From NCBI GenBank assembly GCA_049472355.1, contig JBLIRP010000005.1:1-53375 (forward strand): a stretch of DNA of 53,375 nt, given 5' to 3'. Shown here piece after piece: positions 1 to 9,448 of this stretch. The position numbers and the translations under genes are program-made. Within the stretch, counting starts at the first letter, position 1. Each line of letters begins with the position of its first letter. The notes beneath the pieces were generated by a model. That model was not told where the DNA came from. It worked only from the letters and a program-made list of their open reading frames with translations, and searched no databases. This DNA comes from a bacterium. GTDB lineage: Bacteria; SZUA-182; DTGQ01; JAFGSM01.

Positions 1-254
1 AATAGTGTGAGACAAGAGGTGAAAATTATTTTGGAATATGCCTTAAATTCATCTTTGCTTAATAAAATACTTTTATTCATGATAAATTTTATTAATATAA
101 ACATGATGTTATATTTATTAAGCCATCCTTCGTTCGGTGTGAGCCGGTCTCATGAATTGTCGTGCTCATTGAACCGGAACCATTCGATGCATTGGAAAAG
201 GGAATACGTACGTCCTCACATCGGATATTGAGCGATTGCATCAAACCTTTCCCC

Positions 255-2528
255 TCAGTACCTGTTGACCAGAAGCAGGCTGAGGCCGATACCCCCGGTG
301 AGTGACAGGACCCCCAGGGTGGCGACGATCCCGAAGAGGGGGACGAGGAAGCTGCTCGCCAGGATCGCGCCGCATGCCGACCCGATAAGGTCGAGCCCGT
401 ACAGGAGTCCTGCCTGTCCCTTCCATTGCTGGGTGCTGGAAAGGAAGAGCCTCGTTGCCAGCGGAAACTGGAATCCCCCCAGAAATCCTGCCATGAAGGC
501 CAACAGGGTAAAAAGAAATTCTACCACAATAACCGGCCAGGGCGCCATAGCAACCGTAGTGATACTGGAGAAGATGAATATTGTGAAGAGCGGATAGAGG
601 ATATAGGCGATCTGAATGCCGCAGTACCAGGCATAGGCACGCTGTAGCCTGTCCATGATCCGGGTCATCAGGGCGCTGCCAATGGTAAGGCCTACCATGA
701 ATGCGGTGATGATAATGCCAAGCTGCAGGTAGGCGTATCCATAGAAGACCTGAAATCCGAGGATGAGCAGGAATTCCAGCACGATTTCCACGAATCCGCC
801 AAGCAGGACCACGGTGCCCACGGTGAGCCGTTTCCCCCGCTCCCGTTCCGATATCCTGATCAGCACTGCCAGCATCACCGCGCCGATCATGAGCAGCAGC
901 ACGAGCAGCCTGCCGTCGGTTTTCTCCGCCTTCTCCAGGAGCCCTCCGGTAAGGGGTGAGAAGTAGCGGCCCCACAGGATGAGGTCATAGAAGTAGCAGA
1001 TGGGCCTCAGGTCCGTGTTTATCCGAACCTGTGCCGTATCGCTCACCACGTCGTGTATCGCCTGGGTCCTTTCCTCGCTGAACAGGGAGGGGATGTACCA
1101 CTCGGAAAAGAATTGGGTTTCGATCCCTCGGGCCGAGAGCCGCTGCAGAATGAGGTCGGGATCAAGACTCAATGCGCCCTGCCTTTTCCCTGCCAGGAAA
1201 TAGGCGGTGTCTCCCGGGGTCACCAGCACCGCGGGAAAGACCGTACCGAGGGTCTTGTGGATGCACCGCAGGAAGTCCCCGAGTTGGGGGCCTATGTAGT
1301 TTTCCGAGGAGGTGACGGCGAATGCCACCACCCCATCCGGGGAGAGCGTGCGGGAGACGAGATCGAAGAACTCGGCGGTGTACATACGGTTCAATTGCGC
1401 GGTCTTCGGATCGGGCAGCCCCAGCATGACCACATCATAGGTGCAGGGGCTTTCCTTGAGAAAGAGCCTGCCGTCGGTGTGGATGGGATGCACCTTCGGG
1501 TGGGTGAGCAGATTCGTGTATTCCCTGGGGCAGTATCGGGAAGCCAGGGTAAGGGCGGTGGGATCGAGCTCGATGTAGTTGATGAGCACAAGGCTTTGGT
1601 GTTTCACCGCCTCCCTGAGGCTTCCGATGCCGGTCCCGATGAGCAGGGCGGTTTTCGGCTCCGGATGCTGCACCAGGGGGAGGTGCACGGTCCACTCCTC
1701 GCTCCAGGCATTGGGGATGGTGCTGGTGAGGACCCCATGCTCGTAGAAGCTGTATTCGCCGCCCATGCGGGTGAGGGCGATCCTGCCGAAGATGGAATCC
1801 CTGCACGCAAGGAGGTCGAATCCCTTCCACTGCATCGAGTAGATGAGAAAGTCGAGGCGGAGCACGGGGGATGCAAAAAACACGGCCAGGATGAGCAGGC
1901 AGAGGGCCCCTGCTGCAAAGGCCCCTCCCCGGTTCTGTCCGGGCGCCATCAGAAACACGAGGGTGGCGGCCAGGAGATTCACCAGGCCCAGGAGGAGGCA
2001 GATCTGGAAATGGCTCATGATGCGGATGAGGAGGAAGCTGAACAGCACGCCCCCTGCACCCGCGCCGATCGCCTCCAGGACATACACCCATCCCACCCTC
2101 CGGGCAGGGGAGAGGTGGGGGAGATTGAACCACTGGTAGCCCAGGCTGAACATGATGCCCAGCATGAGGCAGAGCGGGGCGAGAAAGAGGAAGGAGACCC
2201 AGAATATGGGCGCCATGCCCACGGTTGCCAGGGGGGGAAGACGAAGGATGATCCTGGACCAGCGTATGGCCACCACCTGGAGGATGAGCACGAAGGGGAG
2301 GGCGGTCTGGAGGAGGGCGAAGCGGTTCCGGAGCACGATCTCGTCCCTTCCCCTCCATCGTCCGCCGATGGTGCTGCCCAGGGCCACCCAGAAGAACCAG
2401 GAGGCGAGCACGAACCCCATGGTGAGCTCGTTTCCCGAAAAGACGGCGATGATCTCCCGTATGAGGATGATCTGGCTGCAGATTGCGTTGACCCCGATCA
2501 GGGATATTGACAAATAGAGGCGTTTCAT
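255..2528 (-). CDS. Membrane-fused spermidine synthase-like protein (MFS-like TM domains flanking an aminopropyltransferase/SAM-binding domain)
   Basis: 757-aa ORF. The N- and C-terminal regions are multi-TM (SQIILIREIIAVFSGNELT, VYVLEAIGAGAGG, LYGLDLIGSACG). The central domain is SpeE-like (HLPLVQHPEPKTALLIG, IELDP, DGRLFL, YDVV..LPDP, NRMYTAEFF, NTDLRP). Confidence 0.85.
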   Translation of the reverse strand: MKRLYLSISLIGVNAICSQIILIREIIAVFSGNELTMGFVLASWFFWVALGSTIGGRWRGRDEIVLRNRFALLQTALPFVLILQVVAIRWSRIILRLPPLATVGMAPIFWVSFLFLAPLCLMLGIMFSLGYQWFNLPHLSPARRVGWVYVLEAIGAGAGGVLFSFLLIRIMSHFQICLLLGLVNLLAATLVFLMAPGQNRGGAFAAGALCLLILAVFFASPVLRLDFLIYSMQWKGFDLLACRDSIFGRIALTRMGGEYSFYEHGVLTSTIPNAWSEEWTVHLPLVQHPEPKTALLIGTGIGSLREAVKHQSLVLINYIELDPTALTLASRYCPREYTNLLTHPKVHPIHTDGRLFLKESPCTYDVVMLGLPDPKTAQLNRMYTAEFFDLVSRTLSPDGVVAFAVTSSENYIGPQLGDFLRCIHKTLGTVFPAVLVTPGDTAYFLAGKRQGALSLDPDLILQRLSARGIETQFFSEWYIPSLFSEERTQAIHDVVSDTAQVRINTDLRPICYFYDLILWGRYFSPLTGGLLEKAEKTDGRLLVLLLMIGAVMLAVLIRISERERGKRLTVGTVVLLGGFVEIVLEFLLILGFQVFYGYAYLQLGIIITAFMVGLTIGSALMTRIMDRLQRAYAWYCGIQIAYILYPLFTIFIFSSITTVAMAPWPVIVVEFLFTLLAFMAGFLGGFQFPLATRLFLSSTQQWKGQAGLLYGLDLIGSACGAILASSFLVPLFGIVATLGVLSLTGGIGLSLLLVNRY

Positions 2529-2544
2529 CCCGTGGGCATCATTT

Positions 2545-4569
2545 CTATTCGATGAACCTCAGGTAGTAATCCTCGGACCCGATCCCATCCCTGAGCTCCG
2601 AGCGGCTGTATTCGCGGGGCTCGGTCCCCCTCTGGAAGACCTCCATGAAGCGGTTCGGAAAGGACCCGGTGACCCGCAATCCGTTTTCAGGGTCGATGGG
2701 CACCTCCACAACATCATTCGGTTTTTCGAAGTCCCGCCTGGGTCTGCCCTGGTGATAGGATTGCATGAACGTGGTCCAGATGGGGCATGCCGCCCGGGAG
2801 CCGGTTTCATTCCTGCCCAGCGTGATCTTCTGGTCGAATCCCACCCACACCCCGGTGACAAGGTAGGGGCTGAACCCGATGAACCAGGCATCGGTGTAGT
2901 TGTCCGTGGTGCCGGTCTTCCCCCCCACCGGCACCCCCACTTCCTTGGCCCTCCTTCCGGTGCCGCGTTCCACAACGCCCTGGAGCAGGCTTGCCATGAT
3001 ATAGGCGGTGGAGGGACTGATGACCTGCCGTTTGAGCGGCATGGACGAATAAATGTTTTGGCCGTTGTGGTCGGTGACGGAACGGATATAGATCGGCTGC
3101 ACCCTGAACCCGTTGTTTGCAAAGGGCACATATGCCGCGGTGATCTCCTCAAGGCTCACCTCAAAGGCCCCGAGGGCCAGGGAGAGATAGGGCTTCAGGG
3201 GGGATTCGATCCCCAGCATGCGGGCATAGTGGATGGCATTGGTCACCCCGATCTTGTTCATGAGCTTTACCGTGGCCACGTTCACGGATTTTTCCAGGGC
3301 AGTCCTCAGCCGGATGGGTCCGTAGAACTTCTGGCGGAAATTCTGCGGCTTCCAGGGCTTCTGTCTTCCGGGTATCTTGTAGATGACCGGCGCATCCATG
3401 ATGATGTCTGCGGGGGTAAACCCGCTTTGTATGGCAGCGGTATAGATGATGGGCTTGAACGCGGAGCCGGGCTGGCGCTTTGCCTGCACCGCGCGATTGA
3501 ACTTGCTTTCGCTGAAGTCCCTTCCCCCTACCTGGCAGATCACATGGCCGTTGTGGGGGTCGATGGCGATCAGTGCGGCCTGCACCGGGAGGTCCTCCCG
3601 CGTGGTAAGCCCGCTGTGAGCCCTCCGTTTCTCAAGCTGGGCGAGTTCTGCGGCCACCGCCCTCTCCGCGGCCTCCTGGGCATCGAGGTCAAGGGTGGTG
3701 TATACCTGGAGGCCGCCCCGGTAGAGGAGATTCGGCCCCAGTTCGCGTTCGAGATCCTGCCGGATCTTTTCCACAAAATAGGGGGCCGAGGGGAGGGATT
3801 CGGCGGCATTCACTACCCCGATGGGGGCATTGATGGCCTCGGTGAATTCCTGCTGTGTGATATACCCCTCATTGCGCATCCTCTCCAGGACGTGCGAGCG
3901 TCTCATCAGCGACCTGTCCGGGAAGGAGAGCGGGGAATACAGGGTGGGTGCCTTGGGAATACCGGCAATGAGCGCACACTCGGTGAGGGTGAGGTCCCAG
4001 ACATCCTTGCCGAAGAAGGTCTGGGCAGCGGCCTGGACCCCATATGCCCCATTGCCGTAGTAGATCTGGTTCAGGTACAGGTCGAGGATTTCCTCCTTTT
4101 TGTACATCCGTTCGATCTGTATGGCCAGCAGGGCCTCCTTTGCCTTCCGGTCGAAGCTCTTTTCCGGGGTCAGGAAGAGGACCTTGGAGAGCTGCTGGGT
4201 GATGGTGCTCCCCCCCTGGAGGATTCTGCCTGCCTTCAGGTTGACGATGGCGGCCCGCAGGATGCCCAGCCAGTCGAGCCCCTCGTGCTCAAAGAAGTGC
4301 TGATCCTCCACTGCGATGGTGGCCTGCTTGAGAAGGGGAGGGATACGGTGGAGGGGGACCGGGGAGCGACGTTCGATGAACCACTGGGTGATGAGGCGGT
4401 CATCGCGGGAAAAGACCTTGGTGGCCATGAATGGCCGGAAGTCCTCCAGGGTGCGTATCTCGGGAAGCCCATGGAGCACGGAGAGAAACACGCCCGCCAG
4501 AACCCCGCCCACAATAAAGGCGAGGACGATGAACCAGAAGAGGATGTTTTTTCGATACCTGCTCTCCAT
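2545..4569 (-). CDS. mrcA: Penicillin-binding protein 1A (class A transglycosylase/transpeptidase)
   Basis: N-terminal TM anchor, GT51 motifs (EDQHFFEHEG, GGSTITQQL, LYLNQIYYG) and transpeptidase motifs SAFK, SVN and KTG. Confidence 0.93.
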   Translation of the reverse strand: MESRYRKNILFWFIVLAFIVGGVLAGVFLSVLHGLPEIRTLEDFRPFMATKVFSRDDRLITQWFIERRSPVPLHRIPPLLKQATIAVEDQHFFEHEGLDWLGILRAAIVNLKAGRILQGGSTITQQLSKVLFLTPEKSFDRKAKEALLAIQIERMYKKEEILDLYLNQIYYGNGAYGVQAAAQTFFGKDVWDLTLTECALIAGIPKAPTLYSPLSFPDRSLMRRSHVLERMRNEGYITQQEFTEAINAPIGVVNAAESLPSAPYFVEKIRQDLERELGPNLLYRGGLQVYTTLDLDAQEAAERAVAAELAQLEKRRAHSGLTTREDLPVQAALIAIDPHNGHVICQVGGRDFSESKFNRAVQAKRQPGSAFKPIIYTAAIQSGFTPADIIMDAPVIYKIPGRQKPWKPQNFRQKFYGPIRLRTALEKSVNVATVKLMNKIGVTNAIHYARMLGIESPLKPYLSLALGAFEVSLEEITAAYVPFANNGFRVQPIYIRSVTDHNGQNIYSSMPLKRQVISPSTAYIMASLLQGVVERGTGRRAKEVGVPVGGKTGTTDNYTDAWFIGFSPYLVTGVWVGFDQKITLGRNETGSRAACPIWTTFMQSYHQGRPRRDFEKPNDVVEVPIDPENGLRVTGSFPNRFMEVFQRGTEPREYSRSELRDGIGSEDYYLRFIE

Positions 4570-4659
4570 ATGGAACCATTATAGGGGAAAGCGAGGGCAT
4601 TATAAAGGTATTGATCAGTTTACACGGCGGGACACTTACTCAATATCGATAATCGTTTA

Positions 4660-4689
4660 TTGACAAGAGGAAGGGGAAAATTATACAAT
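4660..4689 (+). promoter_or_regulatory. Sigma70-type promoter of tRNA-Gly
   Basis: TTGACA at 4660 and TACAAT at 4684 (18-nt spacer), directly upstream of the tRNA. Confidence 0.6.
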
Positions 4690-4703
4690 TGATCCCTGAT
4701 TGA

Positions 4704-4779
4704 GCGGGCGTAACTCAGTCGGTAGAGTACGAGCTTCCCAAGCTCGGAGTCGCGGGTTCGAATCCCGTCGCCCGCTCCA
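4704..4779 (+). tRNA. tRNA-Gly (anticodon CCC)
   Basis: 76-nt cloverleaf: GCGGGCG/CGCCCGC acceptor stem, CGAGC-TTCCCAA-GCTCG anticodon arm, GGTTCGAATCC T-loop and encoded 3' CCA. Confidence 0.97.
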
Positions 4780-4801
4780 TTTTTTTAATCAGGGCGTATT
4801 C

Positions 4802-5827
4802 CTACAAACTCACCCCGGCGATGGGTGCGCCGCAGTGCATGCACTTCCCCTCCTTTATACGGTAGTGGTGTATGGTGTAGCCGAAGCGTTCCACCGCCAC
4901 CTGGCCGCACGAGGGGCAATAGGTGCTTTCCCCGGGGTCACCCGGGACATTTCCTGAATACACGTACTTGAGCCCGGCCTTGAGCCCGATCTCCCGGCAG
5001 TGGCGGATGGTTGTTATGGGGGTGGGAGGGAGGTGCTTCATCTTGTAGGTTGGCCTGAACCTGCTTATGTGCCAGGGGATTTCAGGGTTGACCTCCATGA
5101 GGAACCGGGCGATTCCTTCCATTTCCTCGTCCGAATCGTTGAGGGTGGGGATGAGCAGCGTGGTGACCTCCACCCATATGCCCATAGAGACCATTGCCCT
5201 GATGTTGTTCAGGACCGGCTCCAGGCTGGCCCCGCATATCTCCTTGTAAAAACCGTCGGAAAGGGATTTCAGGTCCACGTTTGCCGCATCGATGAAGGGC
5301 GCCGCATCCCGCAGGGCCCCTTCACCGATGTATCCGTTGGTGACCAGGCAGTTCCTTAGCCCCGCATCTCTTGCCAGGCGAGCGGTTTCATGGACGGTCT
5401 CGAAAAAAACGGTTGGTTCCGTATACGTGTACGATATGCTCGAACAGTTGGAGGATTGTGCGAGCTCCACGATCTCCGCCGGGTCGATTTCGGACCCGGG
5501 GATGGAACCGTTCCCCTGTTTCGGCTGTTGAGATATCTCGAAGTTCTGACAGTGCTTGCACGTCATATTGCATCCCACGGTGGCGATGGAGTAGGACTTG
5601 GAGCCCGGATGGAAGTGGAAAAGGGGTTTTTTCTCGATGGGGTCGATGTGGTGCGCTACCAGCTTATGGGACACCAGGCTGTACAGTGTCCCCTCCCTGT
5701 TGAGACGGACCCCGCACCGGCCGGTTTTCTCGGGGAGAATGAGGCAGAAGTGATTGCAGAGCTCACACCTCACCCCTTTATCGGAGAGGGGCTGATACCA
5801 CGATGCAGTATGGTTCGGGTCGGACAT
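4802..5827 (-). CDS. amrS: AmmeMemoRadiSam system radical SAM enzyme
   Basis: N-terminal CELCNHFC...GRCGVR, DPIEKKPLFHFHPG, radical SAM CNMTCKHCQN, YTYTEP, and C-terminal CPSCG/CMHCG. Confidence 0.9.
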   Translation of the reverse strand: MSDPNHTASWYQPLSDKGVRCELCNHFCLILPEKTGRCGVRLNREGTLYSLVSHKLVAHHIDPIEKKPLFHFHPGSKSYSIATVGCNMTCKHCQNFEISQQPKQGNGSIPGSEIDPAEIVELAQSSNCSSISYTYTEPTVFFETVHETARLARDAGLRNCLVTNGYIGEGALRDAAPFIDAANVDLKSLSDGFYKEICGASLEPVLNNIRAMVSMGIWVEVTTLLIPTLNDSDEEMEGIARFLMEVNPEIPWHISRFRPTYKMKHLPPTPITTIRHCREIGLKAGLKYVYSGNVPGDPGESTYCPSCGQVAVERFGYTIHHYRIKEGKCMHCGAPIAGVSL

Positions 5828-5920
5828 TTTCCCTGCTCTTTAGGACGATGGAATGGGTCCGATGGAACTAACGATAACGTTAGTTGAGGATGGTGAGGGA
5901 TGGGAGGAGCAACCCCATCA

Positions 5921-6229
5921 CTACTTCCCCTTTTTCGAGGGGTGAAATTTCCCCCTTACGCCACCGATGCTCTTGCCTTTTTTCAGGATCGGATTGGGGC
6001 CCTCTCCCTTCATGAGTTTTTGGGAGAACCCCTTGAACATGCTCCTTTCCCGCTTTCGTATGGCCTTCTTTTGCTCTCCCCATTCCTCTTTCTCGATTTC
6101 CTCCTGGACCTCGTGGGCATCCTTCATGGCTTCCACGGTGGAAGAAATCTCCGTGGGAACGGTGGGTGAGATTTCTGGCGGGAGGGTATGATCAGGCGCT
6201 TCCTGATGCTTGTCCCGATCCTTTTTCAT
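5921..6229 (-). CDS. Hypothetical small protein (acidic N-half, Lys-rich C-half)
   Basis: 102-aa ORF with a strong SD (AGAGGAGGTG) upstream, co-oriented directly after galT. Confidence 0.6.
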   Translation of the reverse strand: MKKDRDKHQEAPDHTLPPEISPTVPTEISSTVEAMKDAHEVQEEIEKEEWGEQKKAIRKRERSMFKGFSQKLMKGEGPNPILKKGKSIGGVRGKFHPSKKGK

Positions 6230-6245
6230 AAAAACACACCTCCTC

Positions 6246-7268
6246 TTATGTTACCGTCTTGAGAAATTCGGCCGCTTCCTCAGGCAAGACGGGGTTTATA
6301 TAGAACCCTGATCCCCATTCGATGCCTGTTTCCTTCAGGAGCCTGGGAATGATTTCGATGTGCCAGTGAAAGTCGAGCTGCAGCGTGTCCCAAAGGGTTT
6401 CCTTAGAGAGGTGGTTCGGACAGGTGTGGAGGACGAAATTGTAGGATGGCCCATTCAGCCCTTTATGTATCCTCCAGAGCAGCGATTTGAGTATCTTGCT
6501 CAGGTCCATGGCCTGTTCCTTTGAGATGGTGCTGAAATCATAGCTGTGCTCCTTGGGCATGATGGAGATCTCATAGGGAAAGCGGGCGGCAAAGGGGACA
6601 AAGGCGGCGAAATGTTGATTTTCTTCCACCATCCGGTCCTTCATGCTTGTTTCCTGGCGGATGATGTCACAGTACACGCACCGTTCCTTGTAGCAATAGT
6701 GCGTCTTGGCCCCATCCAGTTCCTCCTTTACCGACTTGGGGATAACAGGGGTGGCGATAAGCTCGGAGTGGCAGTGGCTGATCCTGGCGCCGGAATTCCT
6801 CCCATGATTTTTAAAGATGAGGATGTACCGGAAGCGATCATCCTTCTGGAGGTCCATGATGCGATCCCGATACGCCCATAGTATATTTTCCACCTGGCTG
6901 TCGGACAGATCGATGAGGCTCTTCTGGTGGTCCGGGGTCTCCACGAGGATCTCATGGGCGCCGATCCCGTTTATCATGTCGAACATTCCCACTCCCTGTC
7001 GCCTGAGATTCCCTTCGATGTGCAGGATCGGCGTCCGGTTGGCGAATACCCTGATCCACCAGCCCGGTTTATCCCGTCCGGTCTCCGGGGGGCGGAAGGC
7101 AAGGATTTCAGGAGGGGTCATTGCCTCATTCCCTTCGCAGAAGGGGCATGTTGCCTTATCGGTAACGAAGGGTTCGCTTGATTCAAAAAAGTCGGAGGTC
7201 CTGTTCTTACGCTCAGGATCGATCACCACCCATCGCCCGACGATGGGATCTCTTCTCAATTCGCTCAT
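6246..7268 (-). CDS. galT: Galactose-1-phosphate uridylyltransferase (GalT/HIT family)
   Basis: MSELRRDP start, CPFCEGNE, GAHEILVETPDH, FKNHG..SGARISHCHSEL (variant of the HPH motif) and HWHIEIIPRL. Confidence 0.88.
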   Translation of the reverse strand: MSELRRDPIVGRWVVIDPERKNRTSDFFESSEPFVTDKATCPFCEGNEAMTPPEILAFRPPETGRDKPGWWIRVFANRTPILHIEGNLRRQGVGMFDMINGIGAHEILVETPDHQKSLIDLSDSQVENILWAYRDRIMDLQKDDRFRYILIFKNHGRNSGARISHCHSELIATPVIPKSVKEELDGAKTHYCYKERCVYCDIIRQETSMKDRMVEENQHFAAFVPFAARFPYEISIMPKEHSYDFSTISKEQAMDLSKILKSLLWRIHKGLNGPSYNFVLHTCPNHLSKETLWDTLQLDFHWHIEIIPRLLKETGIEWGSGFYINPVLPEEAAEFLKTVT

Positions 7269-7287
7269 GTCATCTCCATGGAGGCAC

Positions 7288-7659
7288 TTATGATTTGTTC
7301 AATGCCTTGCTGATTACACGACGCAGTTCGTCCAGTTTTATCGGCTTATTCAGATATTCGAAGGCGCCGAGCGTCATTGCCTTGAGATAGGAATTGACCT
7401 CCCCGTATGCGGTGACGATGATGACCCCGATATCCGGCTTGTTTTCCCTGATCTTTTCAAGCACATCGATTCCCGATATCTCGGGCATCCTCAGATCGGT
7501 GATGACCAGATCAAATTCCTGCTTTTTTGCCTCCGCCAGGGCGGTCTCCCCCGACTCGGCAGCCACGACATCGTACCCCTCCTTTATCAAGATCTTGGTC
7601 AGCCCTTCTCGTGAATTCTGTTCGTCATCCACCACTAAGATCCTCTTCTTCTCCATCAT
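7288..7659 (-). CDS. Stand-alone response regulator receiver protein
   Basis: ILVVDDE, DLVITDLRMP, IIVTAYG and YLNKP motifs, with no output domain. Confidence 0.92.
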   Translation of the reverse strand: MMEKKRILVVDDEQNSREGLTKILIKEGYDVVAAESGETALAEAKKQEFDLVITDLRMPEISGIDVLEKIRENKPDIGVIIVTAYGEVNSYLKAMTLGAFEYLNKPIKLDELRRVISKALNKS

Positions 7660-7713
7660 CCCCTCCTGGCCAAACACGCTTCCCCGATGCTTGCCGTCCT
7701 TTGGTTATACGGA

Positions 7714-9111
7714 TCATTCCCCGATTGCTTGAGAAACCTCTCGTACCAGTTCTTCCATCTCCTCGTCGGATATGGAGGTAACCCGACCGTGCTCGTATTC
7801 CTTCTGTATCTTCTCCCACAGGGCCACCACCAAGCGATCCTGTTTGCTGAGCCTTTGCCCCTCCTTAACCTTCTGGTGATTTTCCAGCCAGTGAACGATA
7901 CCCGCCAGCCCGGATTTGTCGGTGATGGATACCATTGAAGGCCGGTTCAGGATCTTCCTGGTATCGAATATATTGTAAATCTCCGGATCTTTCAACAACC
8001 CGTCCGCATGGATACCCGCCCTGGTCACATTGAAATCACGGCCTACCAGGGGGGTGCTGGGAGGTATCTGGATGCCCACCTCCCTTTCCAGATAGTCGCT
8101 TATTTGGGTGATGACCTCGAGGTTCATGCCGTTTGGGGTGCCGAAGAGCTGGCAGTATTCGATCACCATCCCCTCGAGCGGTGAGTTGCCGGTCCTTTCT
8201 CCAAAGCCCAGGAGGGTGGTATTCACGGCCGAACACCCGTAGAGCCACGCAGTTGCCGCGTTGACCTGCGCCTTGTAGAAGTCGTTGTGTCCATGCCACT
8301 CCAGCCATTCCGGGGGGAACTCGGCGTATGTCCTCAAGCCGTAAATGATGCCCGGCACACTCCTGGGCAGGGCCGCACCGGGGTAGGGGACCCCGAGCCC
8401 CAGGGTGTCGCATGCCCTGATCTTGATGACGCGATTGGCATCTTTGGCGAGCTTCATCAATTCCTGGGCAAAGGGGACGACAAAACCGTAGAAATCCGCC
8501 TTGGTGATATCCTCAAGATGGCAGCGGGGAATGACCCCCGCATCGAGACTGTCCTTGACGACTCCCAGATAGAGGTCCAATGTCTGGGAACGTGTCTTTT
8601 GCAGTTTATTGAATATATGATAATCCGACACCGAGGTAAGAATCCCGGTCTCCTTGAGCCCCATGCGCCTTACCAGGTCGAAGTCCTTTTTCGAGGCCCT
8701 GACCCAGCCGGTTATCTCGGGGAATTCGAAGCCTAGGTTAAGGCACGCGTCGACCGCCTTTTTGTCGCGCTCCGAATAGAGAAAGAATTCGCACTGGCGG
8801 ATGATTCCCCGCGGTCCTCCCAACTCGTTGAGGAGCGTATACAGGGTGCGTATCTGCTCGACCGTGTAAGGAGGGCGTGCCTGCTGTCCATCCCTGAAGG
8901 TGGTGTCGGTGATCCAGATCTTGTTGAGGCTCGGGGTGTTCATGGGAACATGCCGGTCGTTGAAGGGCACCTTGGGGATCGAGGTGAAGGGATACACCTC
9001 CCGGAACAGGTGCGGCTCCTCGACATCATCGAGCACCATATGCTCGGCTGCCGCCCGAAGGCGATGGGTGTCGGGATTGAGGGTAATTCTTCCTCGTTGG
9101 ACTGGGTCCAT
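7714..9111 (-). CDS. DRE-TIM metallolyase, probably Re-citrate synthase (LeuA/homocitrate synthase superfamily)
   Basis: ITDTTFRDGQQARPPY, HLEDIT, CDTLG, EWHGHND, GFGERTGN and AGIHADG motifs; no LeuA allosteric domain. Confidence 0.75.
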   Translation of the reverse strand: MDPVQRGRITLNPDTHRLRAAAEHMVLDDVEEPHLFREVYPFTSIPKVPFNDRHVPMNTPSLNKIWITDTTFRDGQQARPPYTVEQIRTLYTLLNELGGPRGIIRQCEFFLYSERDKKAVDACLNLGFEFPEITGWVRASKKDFDLVRRMGLKETGILTSVSDYHIFNKLQKTRSQTLDLYLGVVKDSLDAGVIPRCHLEDITKADFYGFVVPFAQELMKLAKDANRVIKIRACDTLGLGVPYPGAALPRSVPGIIYGLRTYAEFPPEWLEWHGHNDFYKAQVNAATAWLYGCSAVNTTLLGFGERTGNSPLEGMVIEYCQLFGTPNGMNLEVITQISDYLEREVGIQIPPSTPLVGRDFNVTRAGIHADGLLKDPEIYNIFDTRKILNRPSMVSITDKSGLAGIVHWLENHQKVKEGQRLSKQDRLVVALWEKIQKEYEHGRVTSISDEEMEELVREVSQAIGE

Positions 9112-9234
9112 AAGAGTATCTCGGATAAGTTGTTATAAAAAAACGTTTAACCGGTAACTTACTCTATAATAATATCTTCTTGTGATCATTGTCAAGCGGG
9201 ATTGTGCGATGCTATCATCCCACAACCGAAGAAT

Positions 9235-9367
9235 GACGGCCTCGTAAAAAGTCGCCAAACCTGTCACTCCGGCGAAGGCCGGAGTCCAGAACTATTCGAA
9301 GACACTGGATTCCGTGTCAAGCACGGAATGACAGAATAGGGTACAATCGATTTTTTACGATTCCATC
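9235..9367. mobile_element. MITE-like element, copy 1 (carries a REP-like double hairpin)
   Basis: Imperfect terminal inverted repeats GACGGCCTCGTAAAAAGTCG / CGATTTTTTACGATTCCATC, flanked by the direct repeat AAGAAT (9229-9234 and 9368-9373). Confidence 0.75.
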
Positions 9368-9405
9368 AAGAATGTCAGGAAAATTATCACAAAAATCCCG
9401 TCAAT

Positions 9406-9434
9406 TTGCAATGATATATGGTCCGGGGTATACT
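9406..9434 (+). promoter_or_regulatory. Sigma70-type promoter of the yggS-proC operon
   Basis: TTGCAA-N17-TATACT just upstream of yggS. Confidence 0.55.
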
Positions 9435-9448
9435 TACTGGGGTTTTGT

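Noticed and set aside
1053..4584. Long + strand ORFs (485 aa and 610 aa) and similar ones opposite ubiB, alaS, hom and the hydrogenase
   Set aside because: They are antisense shadows of GC-rich genes with clear family motifs, and show no domain signatures of their own.
4704..4800. tRNA-Gly as an integration site
   Set aside because: There is no integrase and no duplicated tRNA 3' end, and the flanking genes are housekeeping.
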